Origin: Bugula neritina
Lineage: Eukaryota > Animalia > Bryozoa
Length of the DNA stretch: 64,000 bases
Assembly: GCA_964035545.1 (NCBI GenBank)
Contig: OZ037765.1
Coordinates: 32,053,504-32,117,503, forward strand
Reading direction: 5' to 3'
Numbering within the stretch: the stretch's first letter is position 1; each line of letters starts with the position of its first letter. Both the position numbers and the translations under genes were made by a program. A model generated the notes under the pieces. It saw only the letters and a program-made list of their open reading frames with translations, was not told the DNA's origin and searched no databases. Positions 1 through 12,900 of this stretch are shown piece after piece.

Positions 1-3000
1 TAGAAAACTTTGTTGATGATTTCTGTCAAAGCTCTGCCATCTTTGACGAAACTAAGCAGGATTGCCTGATTCCCATTTGGGTTGATCACGATCCTTTAAC
101 TGAGAATGGCCAACTTTCTACTTTACACATTTACACTGGCTGGAGATATTATAAGGTGATCAAAGTTGTCAGTCATCACCTGTCTTGTAATCACCCATCA
201 TATAGATGATTTTCTAGTAACTTGCAGGTGTACAATTGTGGTTTTGATTAACTCAAATAGACAATGCAATTTAATTAGCTAGCAGATGAAACCTAAGAAA
301 CCAGGCATTGTTGATCACAGTCATTATTATTTAGATGCATGTTTAAGGATGATTGATTTAATTTATTTTCGGTAATGTTTAAATACATGTAGCAATAACT
401 TGAGAAATTGTCTTCTACACCTCCACTTTTGGTCTAGTGGCATAGGTTATGTAGATAAGTTCTCGGTTTCTATTGGTAAATGAATTGCTCAAAGGTTTAA
501 CTCCACTGAAACTAGAGAAGTTAAGGAACACTCTAAAGTTTAAAAAATTTAATAATTTCTTGTTAGATGTCGTTGAGTTATTAAAATATAATATATATCC
601 CTCAATGTCAACACTGACTATTATAGCATAGTGAAAATTCATGGTATGGATTAACGAAAAAACTTCGCCGATGTGTTAAATATCGACTTGAAAAAGAAAA
701 GGAAAAGCAGGAGCTGGATAAAATTCGCTCACGAAAAAAGAGACTTAAGTAAGATCTTATTTCACGCTTTATAGGGAAATGAATAAAGCTATTTATTTTG
801 TGGTCCTAAATAAAGTCTGACATTGAAATACTTGGCAAGTTTTAACACATAGATAAGACCAGGTACTCTTAAAGTATCTTGAAGTGTCTTGAATGGGCAA
901 GTTTTTCAGATATACATAGGCAAACCATAGTTTGAATGATATTATATGCACATTATTGTATGAGTAGGTGCTGTAAGAAGGCTAACCTCTTTGGTAGTGG
1001 ATTCAATTTAAAAAGTAATGTGCCATCAGTGAAGTTTGAACCCTCAACATCACTCTTATAGTGGTGTGGTAAAAGCCCTTTTCCACTACACCACCCAGGT
1101 CAATCCTGGAAATGGAAAGCTAACCAATGAACTTGCTTTATTTCCTATATCTTGCTATAGCAATTAGCTTATGCAAGTTTATATTGTTCAGAAAAGAAAT
1201 ACAACTAGAAGTAGAGAAAAAAGAAAAGTTAGATGAGATAGCAGAACTAGAAAGGAAGTTGGCAAAGGCTAAAGCTGCAGCCAATGAGATGTCGCCACAT
1301 AGTGCAAGGACACCTGGTGACAGTCTGTCTGAACAGGTGGCTGTCTCTCCCACAGGTGTTACTGTAAACATCAACATTGCCTCAGCAACTTTAAATGAAT
1401 CTGTGAGTGGTGCTTTTAAACAGTTTAATAGCGTTTCCATTTTCATGTTTTCTGTATGATTATGTGATATTCAAAAAGAGTGAAATAGAGTTTTGTCATT
1501 CTATAACTGAGTGCTGTTGCTATAGTGATAGTTGAGTGTGCTGCTTGTAGCAAAATAGGCTAAGTAATGTAGATGGTAAGCACCGCCCTCCATTTCCTTC
1601 ATCCTCTACTTTGTCAGACTGCCAAGCATCTAGTTCAGAGTTTACTGGGTCAAGGTAAGTAATTTCTATTATCACAGAATAAAGTTTTACCATTAGGAAA
1701 TAAATTCGGTGTTAAAATAATATACAGAAGTTGGTGTAAAGTGCCAGCCTATGTCTTGTACTAATAGATGTCTTTTGATAATATTTAAATATTTTAATCC
1801 GGTGATAAAAATAAGATTATTTCATATTTATCTAAACTCAACAACTTGGGTAGAGATTCACTGTGACATTCAGTCGCAAAGTGTGGTGGAAGCAATAAGC
1901 TAATAAACCAGTGAGTTGGGTGTTGACTAGCAGCCTGAGAAAAAACAGTTTTTTTACAATGTTGATATATAAACGCATGGCTAATCAATAATTACAATTA
2001 AATTAGTTTATTGAAACAAATTTGCAAATTTAATCTGAGTTTTAAAGAGCTGCTGGAAACTTCCGGAAGCCTGGCATAGGCATGATTTTGAATGGTTTGT
2101 TGTCTGATTTATTCTAAAAGAAGTTAGATGTGTTTTTAGACTGACTGACTATGAATCTCCGGAGAATATAACATCAAGCAGTGGATTGGCATCTGCAGGA
2201 TGTGAACGTGTGAACACAGAAACTGTGGGGGAATTAACATTAACCGGCGTAGAAAGGTTGCATCTTGAGAACATCAAGAGTGAGCCTACGGTCTGCGAGA
2301 GTTCGAAATCAAAGGATGATTTGCGATTTGCTCTTAAATCTATTCATTTGGAAAATGTGGATGTGAATGCTAGAAATGGTAACAGTGGTGACATCCTCAG
2401 TTCGCCAGGAAGTAGTCGGTCAGCGCTTGTAAAAAGAGGAAGTGACAAAAGTTCGGCTTCGAAAGATGGAGTCTTGGTTGCCTATTCAACAGAAAACAAT
2501 GACAGACCTGCGCAAGCTAGGTTTGGTTAATCGCCTTGTTGTGAGATCTCTAAGAAAGCATTTTTTAGTTTAGTTTCTCTTCCCACTTCAGACTTCGAAA
2601 TATCATGTTTGCAGGTCAGCAGCAGATGACCACGCTGCCAGGCAGCACCAGCGTGATCTTTCCTTGTCTCTCGGCACAATTGAGTTTCAGCAGTCTCACC
2701 GTAGTGGTAAGTGCACTTCTCAACTACTGTTACTACTGTTGCTGATACTGTTGTTACTACTGTTGTTGGCAATGTTGTTACTACTGTTACTTCTGTTGTT
2801 GATACTGTTGTTGGTAATGTTGATACTACTGTTACTACTGTTGTTGGTAATGTTGTTACTACTGTTACTTCTGTTGTTGGTAATGTTGTTACTACTGTTA
2901 CTAATGTTGTTAACACTACTTCTAATAGTGCTGTTTATGCACCTATCACAGCACTGATACCATTACCCTTGCAACAAATGGGAGACAGTGTTACAAGTGA

Positions 3001-3929
3001 ATATGTGCCACCTTCCCCTTCTGATTTCTGTGGATTGTCTAAACAAGAAGTCAGTTCAGCAGAGAATGGAACTTTGGTTGGTATATTATACTGTGTAGTG
3101 TAATCCTATACTGAATAGTACATTATCTTACTCACTTACTGTATAGTACAATCTACTATATAGTATAATATTACACCTAACACTCACTAGTAATAATATC
3201 TTGTATATTATTACTTTTCTTTTTGTAGTCTTTTTATCTTTTTACCAGACCAAAAAACCTCATGCAAGTTTATAGTCACCATCGCTGTGAGAAACCCCCT
3301 GATTGAAAGGGTTTTTGTTAAATTGGGCTAAGGACTTATTCAGATGGGGCGGAGGAGCAATTATGACTGGATGCTCTTTCTAGCATCACCTATAGCTTTT
3401 GTCGGGGCTCAAACCCATGGCTTCATGCTTACTAGGCAAACGCTCTAACCCCTAGACCACGGCTGCTCCTATCTTTTTACCAGACATATATTTTAACATA
3501 GTTTATTGATTTCTGATCTTCTGCACTTTTCTTTCGTTTAGAAAGCTTAAGATTTCCTTCTTGAAACCCATTGAATACTTAGTGCACTGCAAAAGTATCT
3601 TCTGTATAACAGAGAGATAAATCTGACTAAAATTAGAGCATTATTTAAATCTAAAAATTCAAAAGTTTCATGGTGTGTGACACACAGCGTTATATTATAT
3701 AACCCTGGTCTTGATATGCAGAAGAACTTCAGTTTTTGTCAAATCTCGGCATTTTTAACCTTTTAATTCCGATTTTATTCATTTTTCATCTCAATGCACA
3801 CTAGCCCTAGTATTTATACACAACAGTGATTGTAAACTACTTTCTGTTATAGTATGCTTCAGACTGCAACCTTCCCAGTGGCAGTTCATCACACTCTCCC
3901 CTTTCTCTGACGGAGCTTCCACCTTATTG
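1..3929 (+). CDS. 3' portion of a multi-exon gene (5' end outside the window): possible TIR-domain adaptor followed by a coiled coil and a Ser-rich disordered tail
   Basis: Phase-consistent GT/AG exon chain: ~1-156, 627-748, 1191-1402, 1618-1654, ~2121-2520, 2616-2706, 2952-3080, 3863-3929 (TGA). It reads ...DETKQDCLIPIWVD...WRYYK|HSENSWYGLTKKLRRCVKYRLEKEKEK..., which loosely resembles the end of TICAM/TRIF-type TIR domains. The family assignment is weak. Confidence 0.5.
2720..2925. repeat. Intronic ACT/GTT-rich minisatellite
   Basis: Repeating units such as GTTACTACTGTT and GTTGTTGGTAAT start just after the GTAAG donor at 2707. They create the spurious T/V- and poly-L ORFs. Confidence 0.9.
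3251..3469 (-). mobile_element. tRNA-derived SINE with a 16-bp target-site duplication
   Basis: TATCTTTTTACCAGAC is repeated directly at 3235-3250 and 3470-3485. The minus strand begins GGAGCAGCCGTGGTCTAGGGGTTAGAGC (A-box-like) and carries GGTTTGAGCCCC (B-box-like). Confidence 0.8.
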
Positions 3930-5547
3930 ATGACGCTGTGCTGTTTGAACTTGTGGCAGTTTTGGTGTAGTGTGAATTCAGAGAAGGTATAGGCAGATGG
4001 GTGTTACGAGTCAAGTATAATGTTCCCATCCTCCACCTTCAAAGAGTTTGGCCAATAGGATATCAAATGTGTCGCTTGTATTTGTGGCTATCTTGCTGCT
4101 TTTGTTTAATTTATGCAGAGTTTTCTGCAATGAGTTTCATAGTACCTACATTATATTAGAATTTTAATTTAATCTTTTTTAGCCTTTCTTTGCCAGTTTT
4201 ATAAACTTGATTTTGTAGGTGCGGCATGTTTTACTTTGTTCATCAAACTAGTCTATGTAATAGATCAGCTACTAACTCATTTTTAAGTAGCCAAAGTTGC
4301 TGTTCTCAATTAATTGAATCTATTTCCTTGTGCTGTGTATTTCACCATTTTGCCACTGGAATGGAAGTTTAACTCTTGGTCATATGGCATTGTTTATTTA
4401 CACTGAGCATTAGTGTAGATACTAAAAGCTTAGTTGTTATTAATCTCTTCATTAGTCAATTGTTGCTGCAGTTTATAAGCATTGAACAGTTCTGCATCGA
4501 TCAATTGGTAGCTGACACCAGATCTTTCTAGTAGCAAAATTTAGGTTCTGAGTGTCACAGTATAGATTTTGTTGAACTGCCCAATAAAGCATAGCGGGAT
4601 ATTTAACATTTAGATTAATTAATAAATGCATGTTTATTAAGTGGTAAAATAATTATTGTGAAATATGTCATGCAGGGCTGATGGTTCAAATTCTCCACCT
4701 GTCATAAGCATTTTTTTTTATAAATATTAGGTTGTGAAATAATTCACATTTCAATTTGTTGAAAAAATTCCAGCTGGTCTTCTCCAACATAAAGGTTTTT
4801 GCCTCTTTACTACTTGAGACATGTTCAACCTCCTAGTTGGGAACACAACTCCAGTAATCTATATAGTCTGCATTAGTAAAAATAGAATATTTTAAGCATA
4901 CAGCATGTTTACAGGAATGCTGCAGTAAAATTGTATCTAAATACATTGAGAGAATATTTTCTTATTTTATACATGCGAGATACAGGTGAAAACTTGTGCA
5001 GCTCACCAGTGTTTCTTTTATAAACCGGTTTTTTTAATCTCAACTTCAGCTTTTGTGCCATGTCTTTTACCTAAATTCCATGTTTATTGTGATTTGGTAA
5101 ACTTGAGTTTTCTAAATATAGGTGTGTTGATATGCCTTTTATTGTTTTTGGTTTTACTAAATATATAATGTATTTTTCTTCAAGCCTAGTATTGTTGCTC
5201 TTTATAGTTTCAATTTTGCTATAAAAAACTGTAACAGTATTGAAGAAAGCTTAGCAATGTACTGCCTTACAATTTAAAGAACTACAATTTGATTGTAATT
5301 TAAATATATGTCAGAATATTATTTCGTTACAGCTATAAAAATGTATTGTGGCAACATACCCAATGTTAAATGGCCACTGTTCACAGCTGGATGATCATTA
5401 TAATTATAAAGTAAGGAAAAAGTGCTTTACAGGTTCACACATGGTATATGGACCACAAATGTAATATAGGTGAAAGGTATAATATACAGTAGATTGAGTA
5501 GAATATACAGCATATGGTACATGAAGTTAGCAATGAGCTAAAATAGT

Positions 5548-7947
5548 CTATCTAGATCTGGACCTAGGAGATCTTGAGCGGGATTTTCGTGGTGAACCTT
5601 GCGGAGACCTTTTAGGAGAGGGCGACCTTCTTGGTGATTTGGAACCCGACCTTCTTGGGGATACAGAACTCTTTCTGTGAGACTTTGATCTAGACCTGCG
5701 GGGTGTCCTTGACCTTCTAGGTGACCGAGATCTGCGTCGAGATCCTGCATAAAAACAAAGAATGTTCATTACTGCTACAAACTTGCATGTTGAAATTCAA
5801 GAAATCTTCATATGACTATAGACAACGTAGGTTAGTAAATAGCAGTACAGGTAAACTTACGAGATCTTCGTGAGCTTCGGCTGCGAGACCTTGACCTTGA
5901 GCGACTGTATCGTGAAGAGCGCCTACCAACTGGAGACCTGCCTCTTCCATAACTTCTAAACCCTGACATCCGACAGTCTCTGCCAAAGTGACCTCTCATA
6001 CCACACCTATAGCACTCATCTGAGGGTCGGCCCTACACATTACATTATATATTACTAGACGCTCACTTCTTATACAAGTAGCAGCACATAATGTTCTTTG
6101 AACTCATAATCCTTATATCAAAGTGATAACAATGCTTACAATAGGCAGGGATTTGCTGTGTCCTTTAGACCACTCCACCACCATAGTTGCTCCCAACAGC
6201 TTTCGTCCATTCTCACTAGCTATAGCATCCTGCAATGATCAATGCAACATGAATTACTGTTTTTCATCATTTGACCCAAATCTTACAAAATTCAACTGGG
6301 TTCAAGTTTGAAAGTAACATATTGTATGGTCAAAGTTTAGTGTCAATTTTAAATCTCAGAATCAAAAGTTGGAAAGGATTATTTGATAGCTTACTTAAGT
6401 CACTTCGACAATGTGAACCTCCAAGGAGAGAGCATATTATGTGACCAAGTGCAATATTATTCTCAATTCTGCTATTCATTTGAATTACTCTCCAACAGGC
6501 CTAAATACTTCCAGTTCTAAAGTGCAATAACTACTCGTAGATCTAACATAGCTGCTAGACTACAAACCTTCACCCAACCAATAAGTTGAATACTATGGGG
6601 AGATTAAACCCACTGCTTCATCTAATACCACGAGAAGCTTGCCGCCATGTGGCTAATTATTAAATTTTCACATGTATAACCTGATTGCAGCTGACAATAA
6701 GATGGAAACTCCTGCAAGGAGGATTGGAGCAGAAGGGAGGGAGGGATGTGGGAACATGGCTCCTAGGGAGAGAACACTGGAGCTATAAGTGTCTCAACAA
6801 GCTATCAATCTAGTCGTGGGAAGCACAGGCTATTAAAGGGAATCGCTGGCTCCAAATAGTTGATGCTTGATTAATCGAACGTCTCCATAATCAAAATGGC
6901 TCCAAAACATGGAGAGGCAATTATTCTAAGACATAGAGTCATGGTGGCTCCAGTCGGTGGAGGGTTCTCCATGAGATTTACTGGAGTACGACTGAGATAT
7001 ATAAGCATAAACAATCAGCACCAGTGCTTCACACCTTCTTATTGTTCAAATGAAAATAATATTAAATATACAAAATTCTTAAGACCAACATCTAAATATT
7101 AGCTTCAAAACAATTTATCTACATTTCAAAGTAGTTATAGCTATACAGGGCAAACATTTCAATATGAAAACAACAACAAGGCAGTTCTCAACTGACCACA
7201 GACAATGGTCAAGTAATAATTGTGAAATCAAGTAAAACGTACCTCAGCATCTTGATCATTTTCATAATCAACAAACGCATAGGCTGTATCTTGACCTAAA
7301 ACATAAGAAATAAAACTTTATAGCATCAAGTATAACCTTACAGTTAACTTATCGGTTATACTCAAGTTATTCTTATAGTCACTGTGATTAGCCGCAGGCA
7401 TATACTAATACAGTGATAGTGATACTGGTATAGGCTTAAGATAAGTATAGGACTGGGAGTCCACTAATTCTAAATCGTATACAATAGACTAAGAGTAATA
7501 CTATAGCATTACTGATACTACCACTAATGCTAATAGTAATAGTGACTCCTTGTGTTAATAATTATAATCATACTGATACTTATAGTTATTCTTATACTAA
7601 TTCTAAAACTATAACTAGTATAAGTAAAAGCAGACTGAAACCGAGTCATACTTCAACAATAACTTAGAGTTAGTAAGGCCTTACAGTTACTGTTGCTGAA
7701 TTACATTTACTGTTCTGTGTTAATTTTTGAGTTCAGGTCTTACAGTTACTGTTAGTCTTAGTCAAACTCAAAGTCATTGCGATACTGAGTGAGAGTCTGA
7801 TTCAGTGAATGTGATGGTCAAACTGAAACTCAAAGTCATACCATATTTCACATCACATCGAGTCAACCGTCCATATCTGTCAAAGACATCTTCTACGTCA
7901 GCCACTCGAGTTCGTCGACTTAATCTTCCCACGAATAATTTACGCAT
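5548..7947 (-). CDS. SRSF7: SR splicing factor, SRSF7/9G8-like (RRM + CCHC zinc knuckle + RS domain)
   Basis: Exons 7947-7842 (MRKLFVGRLS...), 7295-7243 (AYAFVDY, RNP1), 6229-6140, 6032-5861 (CYRCGMRGHFGRDC knuckle) and 5744-5548 (RS repeats). All phases are compatible. Confidence 0.85.
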
Positions 7948-7949
7948 GG

Positions 7950-8300
7950 TGCTTAAAATAAATACTCTTGGATTTTAAGTTTTCCTTTTCAACACGACAC
8001 AAACAATTTTTGAAGCTCCTGCAATACCCAACCACTTGAACAATCTCAACGGTATGCGCGACACGCAGAATAGCCCTAGGTCTTCAGGCATTTGCGTTGC
8101 TGTAAACAAATAATATTTCTCGCATGCAATGTTGTTGGAGCACAGGATCCTGATCAAACAGCCTCGGTTTGGTGTGCACTAATCTCACATGCAGCTGTTA
8201 TTTCTGTCGGAGTAACACTAGTACAGCATAATAATTACGATGATAAAATAGCTTTAAATTTTGTACTATCACAATAACGGAAAGACGCCATTCTTAATCT
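7950..8300. promoter_or_regulatory. Putative bidirectional promoter, SRSF7-like/fzr1
   Basis: Short CpG-containing patch (TGCGCGACACGC at ~8054) between two divergently transcribed genes, flanked on both sides by hexamer tracts. Confidence 0.45.
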
Positions 8301-9914
8301 GTTTATTCATCCTAGAAATATAGTTATACCCCAGATACAAACCCCATTACATCAATTATTGCAAATGTAAACCATGATCATTGAAAATCATAAATTCATG
8401 TTGAACAATTATCTGTATAAATATGTATCATATTAAAACACTTTTAATATAAGCATTAGTAATAGTCTGATACTTAGGAAGTTAGAGTTAGTGTTACACT
8501 TACTGTTACTAACAGTAACAGTAACACTAAGACTAAGAGTAAGACTAACAGTAACAGTATGAGTATGACTATCACTATGAGTAAGTCAAAGTGTAACACT
8601 AACAGTATGAGTAAGTGTAACTCTAACAAATTAGTAATACTATAGTATTGGTATTACATTTTGATTTAGTTTTACTGATATAGATTAAGATTGCCCATTA
8701 CTCATAGTCATTATATTATTATTTAATCATTTTGTTTTATTTTTACGAATACTAATACTAATAGTAATACTAATAGACATAGTGATAGTAGTTATTCTGA
8801 TATTTTCAAATTTATCATTATCATTATGACTATAAAAATAATGTGCGTGTAACTAAGTTAAGTATCAGTATGATACATATTTTATAATATTAATTGAATA
8901 TTACAGTAGTACTAGGTCTAGTAGCTATAAATGAAAGTAATTTTATTTTAAATTGATTTGTATTTTATTTCGGACTACAAATATAATTTTTTGTTTGACT
9001 TGCAGTTGCTTAAGTTTTCTGTTTCATAAATATGGTTTAGATTATTGATAGAAAACAAGCGTTGTTGTTATCTGAATATTCAAAATTTCACACTGCACAT
9101 CAGAAAAAAATTAATCTAAATGCTTTTATTTAGTGTGTGACTGCAACCAAGCAAAATAAAATGACATTGACATTTTTTTTGTTTTATTGATTCTCTCCAT
9201 GTGACCCAGTTTTTAATAGATATACTTTAATTTATAAATTAGAATATTTGTTAATTATTAAATAAAATAAAAGTTATATTGTAATTGTTGTCAGTCGTAT
9301 GAGATTAACAGTAAAAGAATAAAATTAAATGCATTCATTATACAATAATAAGGTTTCTATAAATGAAATTTTGTTCGGAGTTATTTGTGCTCCTAGCAGT
9401 TTTATTCCTTATGAGATAATCGTATCTACTTTTTACTAATGTAGCCCAATGGCCCCTTGATAGCGTAGCTGAGAGTGTTGAATGTAGAAATTTCAGACAG
9501 TAATCAGTAATTAGTTGATTTTGTTTTTGTTTTTAACGCTTTATCAATCATAGTTTCACACTACCAGATGTAAAAATTCTCTTGGGGCAGGTGCATTGTT
9601 GCAGATTCTACTGATAGCTGTAGTTCTAGCAGTAATTTATTGGGTTAGAAGCTGTCTATATTCAGCATCAGTCAAGCTTTATGAAAGATCTAAGCTGAAC
9701 AACGGCACATCTCTACACTCAATAGGTTTTAGTGATGGAGCTATGTAATAACCTTGAGGTCATGTATGAAAAATGTCTAAGGTATATTTATTATGTTTAG
9801 AGTATTATTTGACCGTGGCGTTGCTGTGGTGTGCATTGAGTAGCAGAGTGTCCATCTCTGTGGATACAGGCAGAGGGAGTGACGAGGTATCCCCCTCACT
9901 TTCAGCTATGAGCT

Positions 9915-12900
9915 ATGGATCCTGTCTATGAGAAACGTCTTGCTGGCTCTCCTTTGTCATCAGTAAGTACCTCTGTATTATTTTACATACAATAAAGTAA
10001 TACTTTATCTTGAGAAACTTAATATACGGCTATACTGTAGTAAGAACCTTACCCCAGCTCTGTGAGGTGTTGGTTATTGCCTAGTGGATCAGAACCCTGA
10101 TCTACTGGCCCACAAGTGTTAGATGTGTGAGGCAAACTCTACCAGAGCATTGATAATTTCATCCAATCAAAAAATATGCTGTTATGTCACCTGGAAGCGG
10201 TCAAGCCTTGTTGCTAGTGCAGTTTAAGGCTCATTTAAAACTGTTACCATCGGTGTTTCTAATAGTAATGGTGGCTTTAGGCAAAATCAGTTTTTGTGAC
10301 AAGTACCGTAATATAATGTTGGTTGTTAAATATTCTACGTAGCCTGTGAAACCACAAAACTCTAGCCCGATTACTTCACCCACGAAGCTCAGCTACGGTG
10401 ACAGATTTATACCGACCAGGAGTGGAGCTCGCTGGCACATCAACTTTGACTCACCCAACGTGGAGAAGGAGGCTGCTATCCGATGCTCTCCACAAACCCA
10501 GTCGAGGAAATCAAAGGAAGTCCCTTCTGTTGAAGGTAAATAGCTGGAGTTTTCTCTCCTGATGAACAGATATTTCTTTATTGTTATCAGTGGGTAATAA
10601 TAGCCTTGACTTCTTTATAAGCAATGCTAGTACAAAGTAGTGATTAGGTTTTTCCTATTCTCTTCATGCCTTGAAGTGTCACTTATTTTATGTACGTATG
10701 TGTGTATATCAGGGTTGGAGTAATTGTAATTTGTAAAATTGTAATTGGTTGTAATTAATTACATTTTGTCAAGTAATTGAATGTAATTTTTAATTGATGT
10801 ATAAAATTGTAATTGTGATTAATTGCATATCTAATGTAATTGAGTTTTACAATTATATTGTAATTACGTATCAATTACTCCAAAGTTTTAAATCTTAAAA
10901 ATTTCACACTTTTCTTACCATGCCAACTATTTAATAAAAAATTAAGTGTATTATTAATCACTATTGAGATTCTCCACTTTCAAAATTTCCAGGGTAGTTG
11001 GACTTATATTTACCCCTTGTGAGAACAAAAGTAATTATAACTGCAACTAATTATATTCATATGTAATTGACCCCAACCCTGAATTGTATATATGTTGTAT
11101 ATTGAGGGAATTACAAAACTTGAGTATAATTATTCAGGAAACCTTGACTCGATAGCCTACCAATGCTTGCTGAAGAATGAGTTGCTCGGAGCTGGTATAG
11201 TAGATCTAAAGCACTCCTCCAATCTCCTGTCAGATGGTGTTGCTGACCCTAGCGGCAGCGCAGCTAATACGGTTGGCTCTGTCAGCTCCATCAACAACGC
11301 TAGTAGCTCTCACAGTTCTCCTACGAATGGCTCTTGTGGCGGTATGAGACGCAGAGTGCTGTATCCTAAAGAAAACACCAGCCTCTTTCAGGTACTCAGT
11401 CTAACAGATATGCTTTATGTCAAGTATTTGCAGCCCAAATTTGACTTATAATCTTATCCTGAGGGCAAGGAACTTGGCAGCGGTTCTCTGTGTAATGTTG
11501 GTAAATTTCTTTCTCAGATTTTCTTTAATGGGATTTTTTATTATATAATCTCTTTCTAACTTTGTGTTTCGTCACTTGTTATGGCATTGCGTTAAACTAA
11601 CCTAACAGAATGCTGTGTTATAGTATCGAGTGCACGGTAAGAATATAAAAGACGACACATCACCCTATTCTCTGTCTCCAGTCGGTGAAAACAGCCAGAA
11701 ACTACTTCGATCTCCTCGTAAGGTGAGCCTATACTTGATATTCTCTGCCTACGTCAGCCAATCAGGTGATAGCATACAGCAAAATCTTTATCTGTAACTA
11801 TATACCAATACCTTGGATTCATAGTGCATCAGTACGAGAGAACATAATTCCTATTCTGACCAGTGGAAGTAACTCTTCATAATCATTCACCAAAGTTACC
11901 ACCTACTGTGGCTATTCACTCAGTATGTATATGTTTACAGGCTCAAAGGAAGATTCCGCGTGTACCGTTTAAGGTGCTGGACGCTCCGGAACTGCAGGAT
12001 GATTTCTACTTGAACCTGGTGGACTGGTCCGCCCAAAATGTGCTCAGCGTGGGCCTTGGTTCCTGCGTGTATCTGTGGAGTGCCAACAACAGCCAGGTGG
12101 TGCGGCTCTGTGATCTGTCAGTTGAGTCTGACACCGTGACCTCAGTCTCCTGGGCAGACAGGGTCAGTATGTTCTCTTCTGCACTCTAGTTTTCTTCTCT
12201 CTTCTGCACTCTAGTTCTCTTCTCTCTTCTGCACTCTAGTTCTCTTCTCTCTTCTGCACTCTAGTTCTCTTTTGCACTCTAGTTTTCTTCTCTCTTCTGC
12301 ACTCTAGTTCTCTTCTGCACTCTAGTTTTCTTCTCTCTTCTGCACTCTAGTTCTCTTCTCTCTTCTGCACTCTAGTTCTCTTCTGCACTCCAGTTCTCTT
12401 CTGCACTCTAGTTCTCTTCTCTATTCTGCACTCTAGTACTCTTCTTTCTTCTGCACTCTAGTTCTCTTCTGCACTCTAGTTCTCTTCTCTCTTCTGCACT
12501 CCAGTTCTCTTCTGCACTCTAGTTCTCTTCTCTCTTCTGCACTCTAGTTCTCTTCTCTCTTCTGCACTCTACTTCTCTTCTCTCTTCTGCACTCCAGTTC
12601 TCTTCTCTATTCTGCACTCTAGTTCTCTTCTCTCTTCTGGACTCTAGTTCTCTTCTGCACTCCAGTTCTCTTCTCTCTTCTGCACTCTAGTTCTCTTCTC
12701 TATTCTGCACTCTAGTACTCTTCTGCACTCTAGTTTTCTTCTCTCTTCTGCACTCTAGTTCTCTTCTTTATCCTGCACTCTAGTTTTCTTCTCTCTTCTG
12801 CACTCTAGTTCTCTTCTCTCTTCTGCACTCTAGTTCTCTTCTGCACTCTAGTTTTCTTCTCTCTTCTGCACTCCAGTTCTCTTCTCTCTTCTGCACTCTA

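Noticed and set aside
1030-1100. tRNA-like sequence on the minus strand (A/B-box-like)
   Set aside because: No clean cloverleaf can be drawn. It is most likely a decayed tRNA-derived SINE head, too degenerate to delimit.
2527-2957. T/V-rich and poly-Leu ORFs
   Set aside because: They arise from an intronic minisatellite bounded by GT (2707) and AG (2951).
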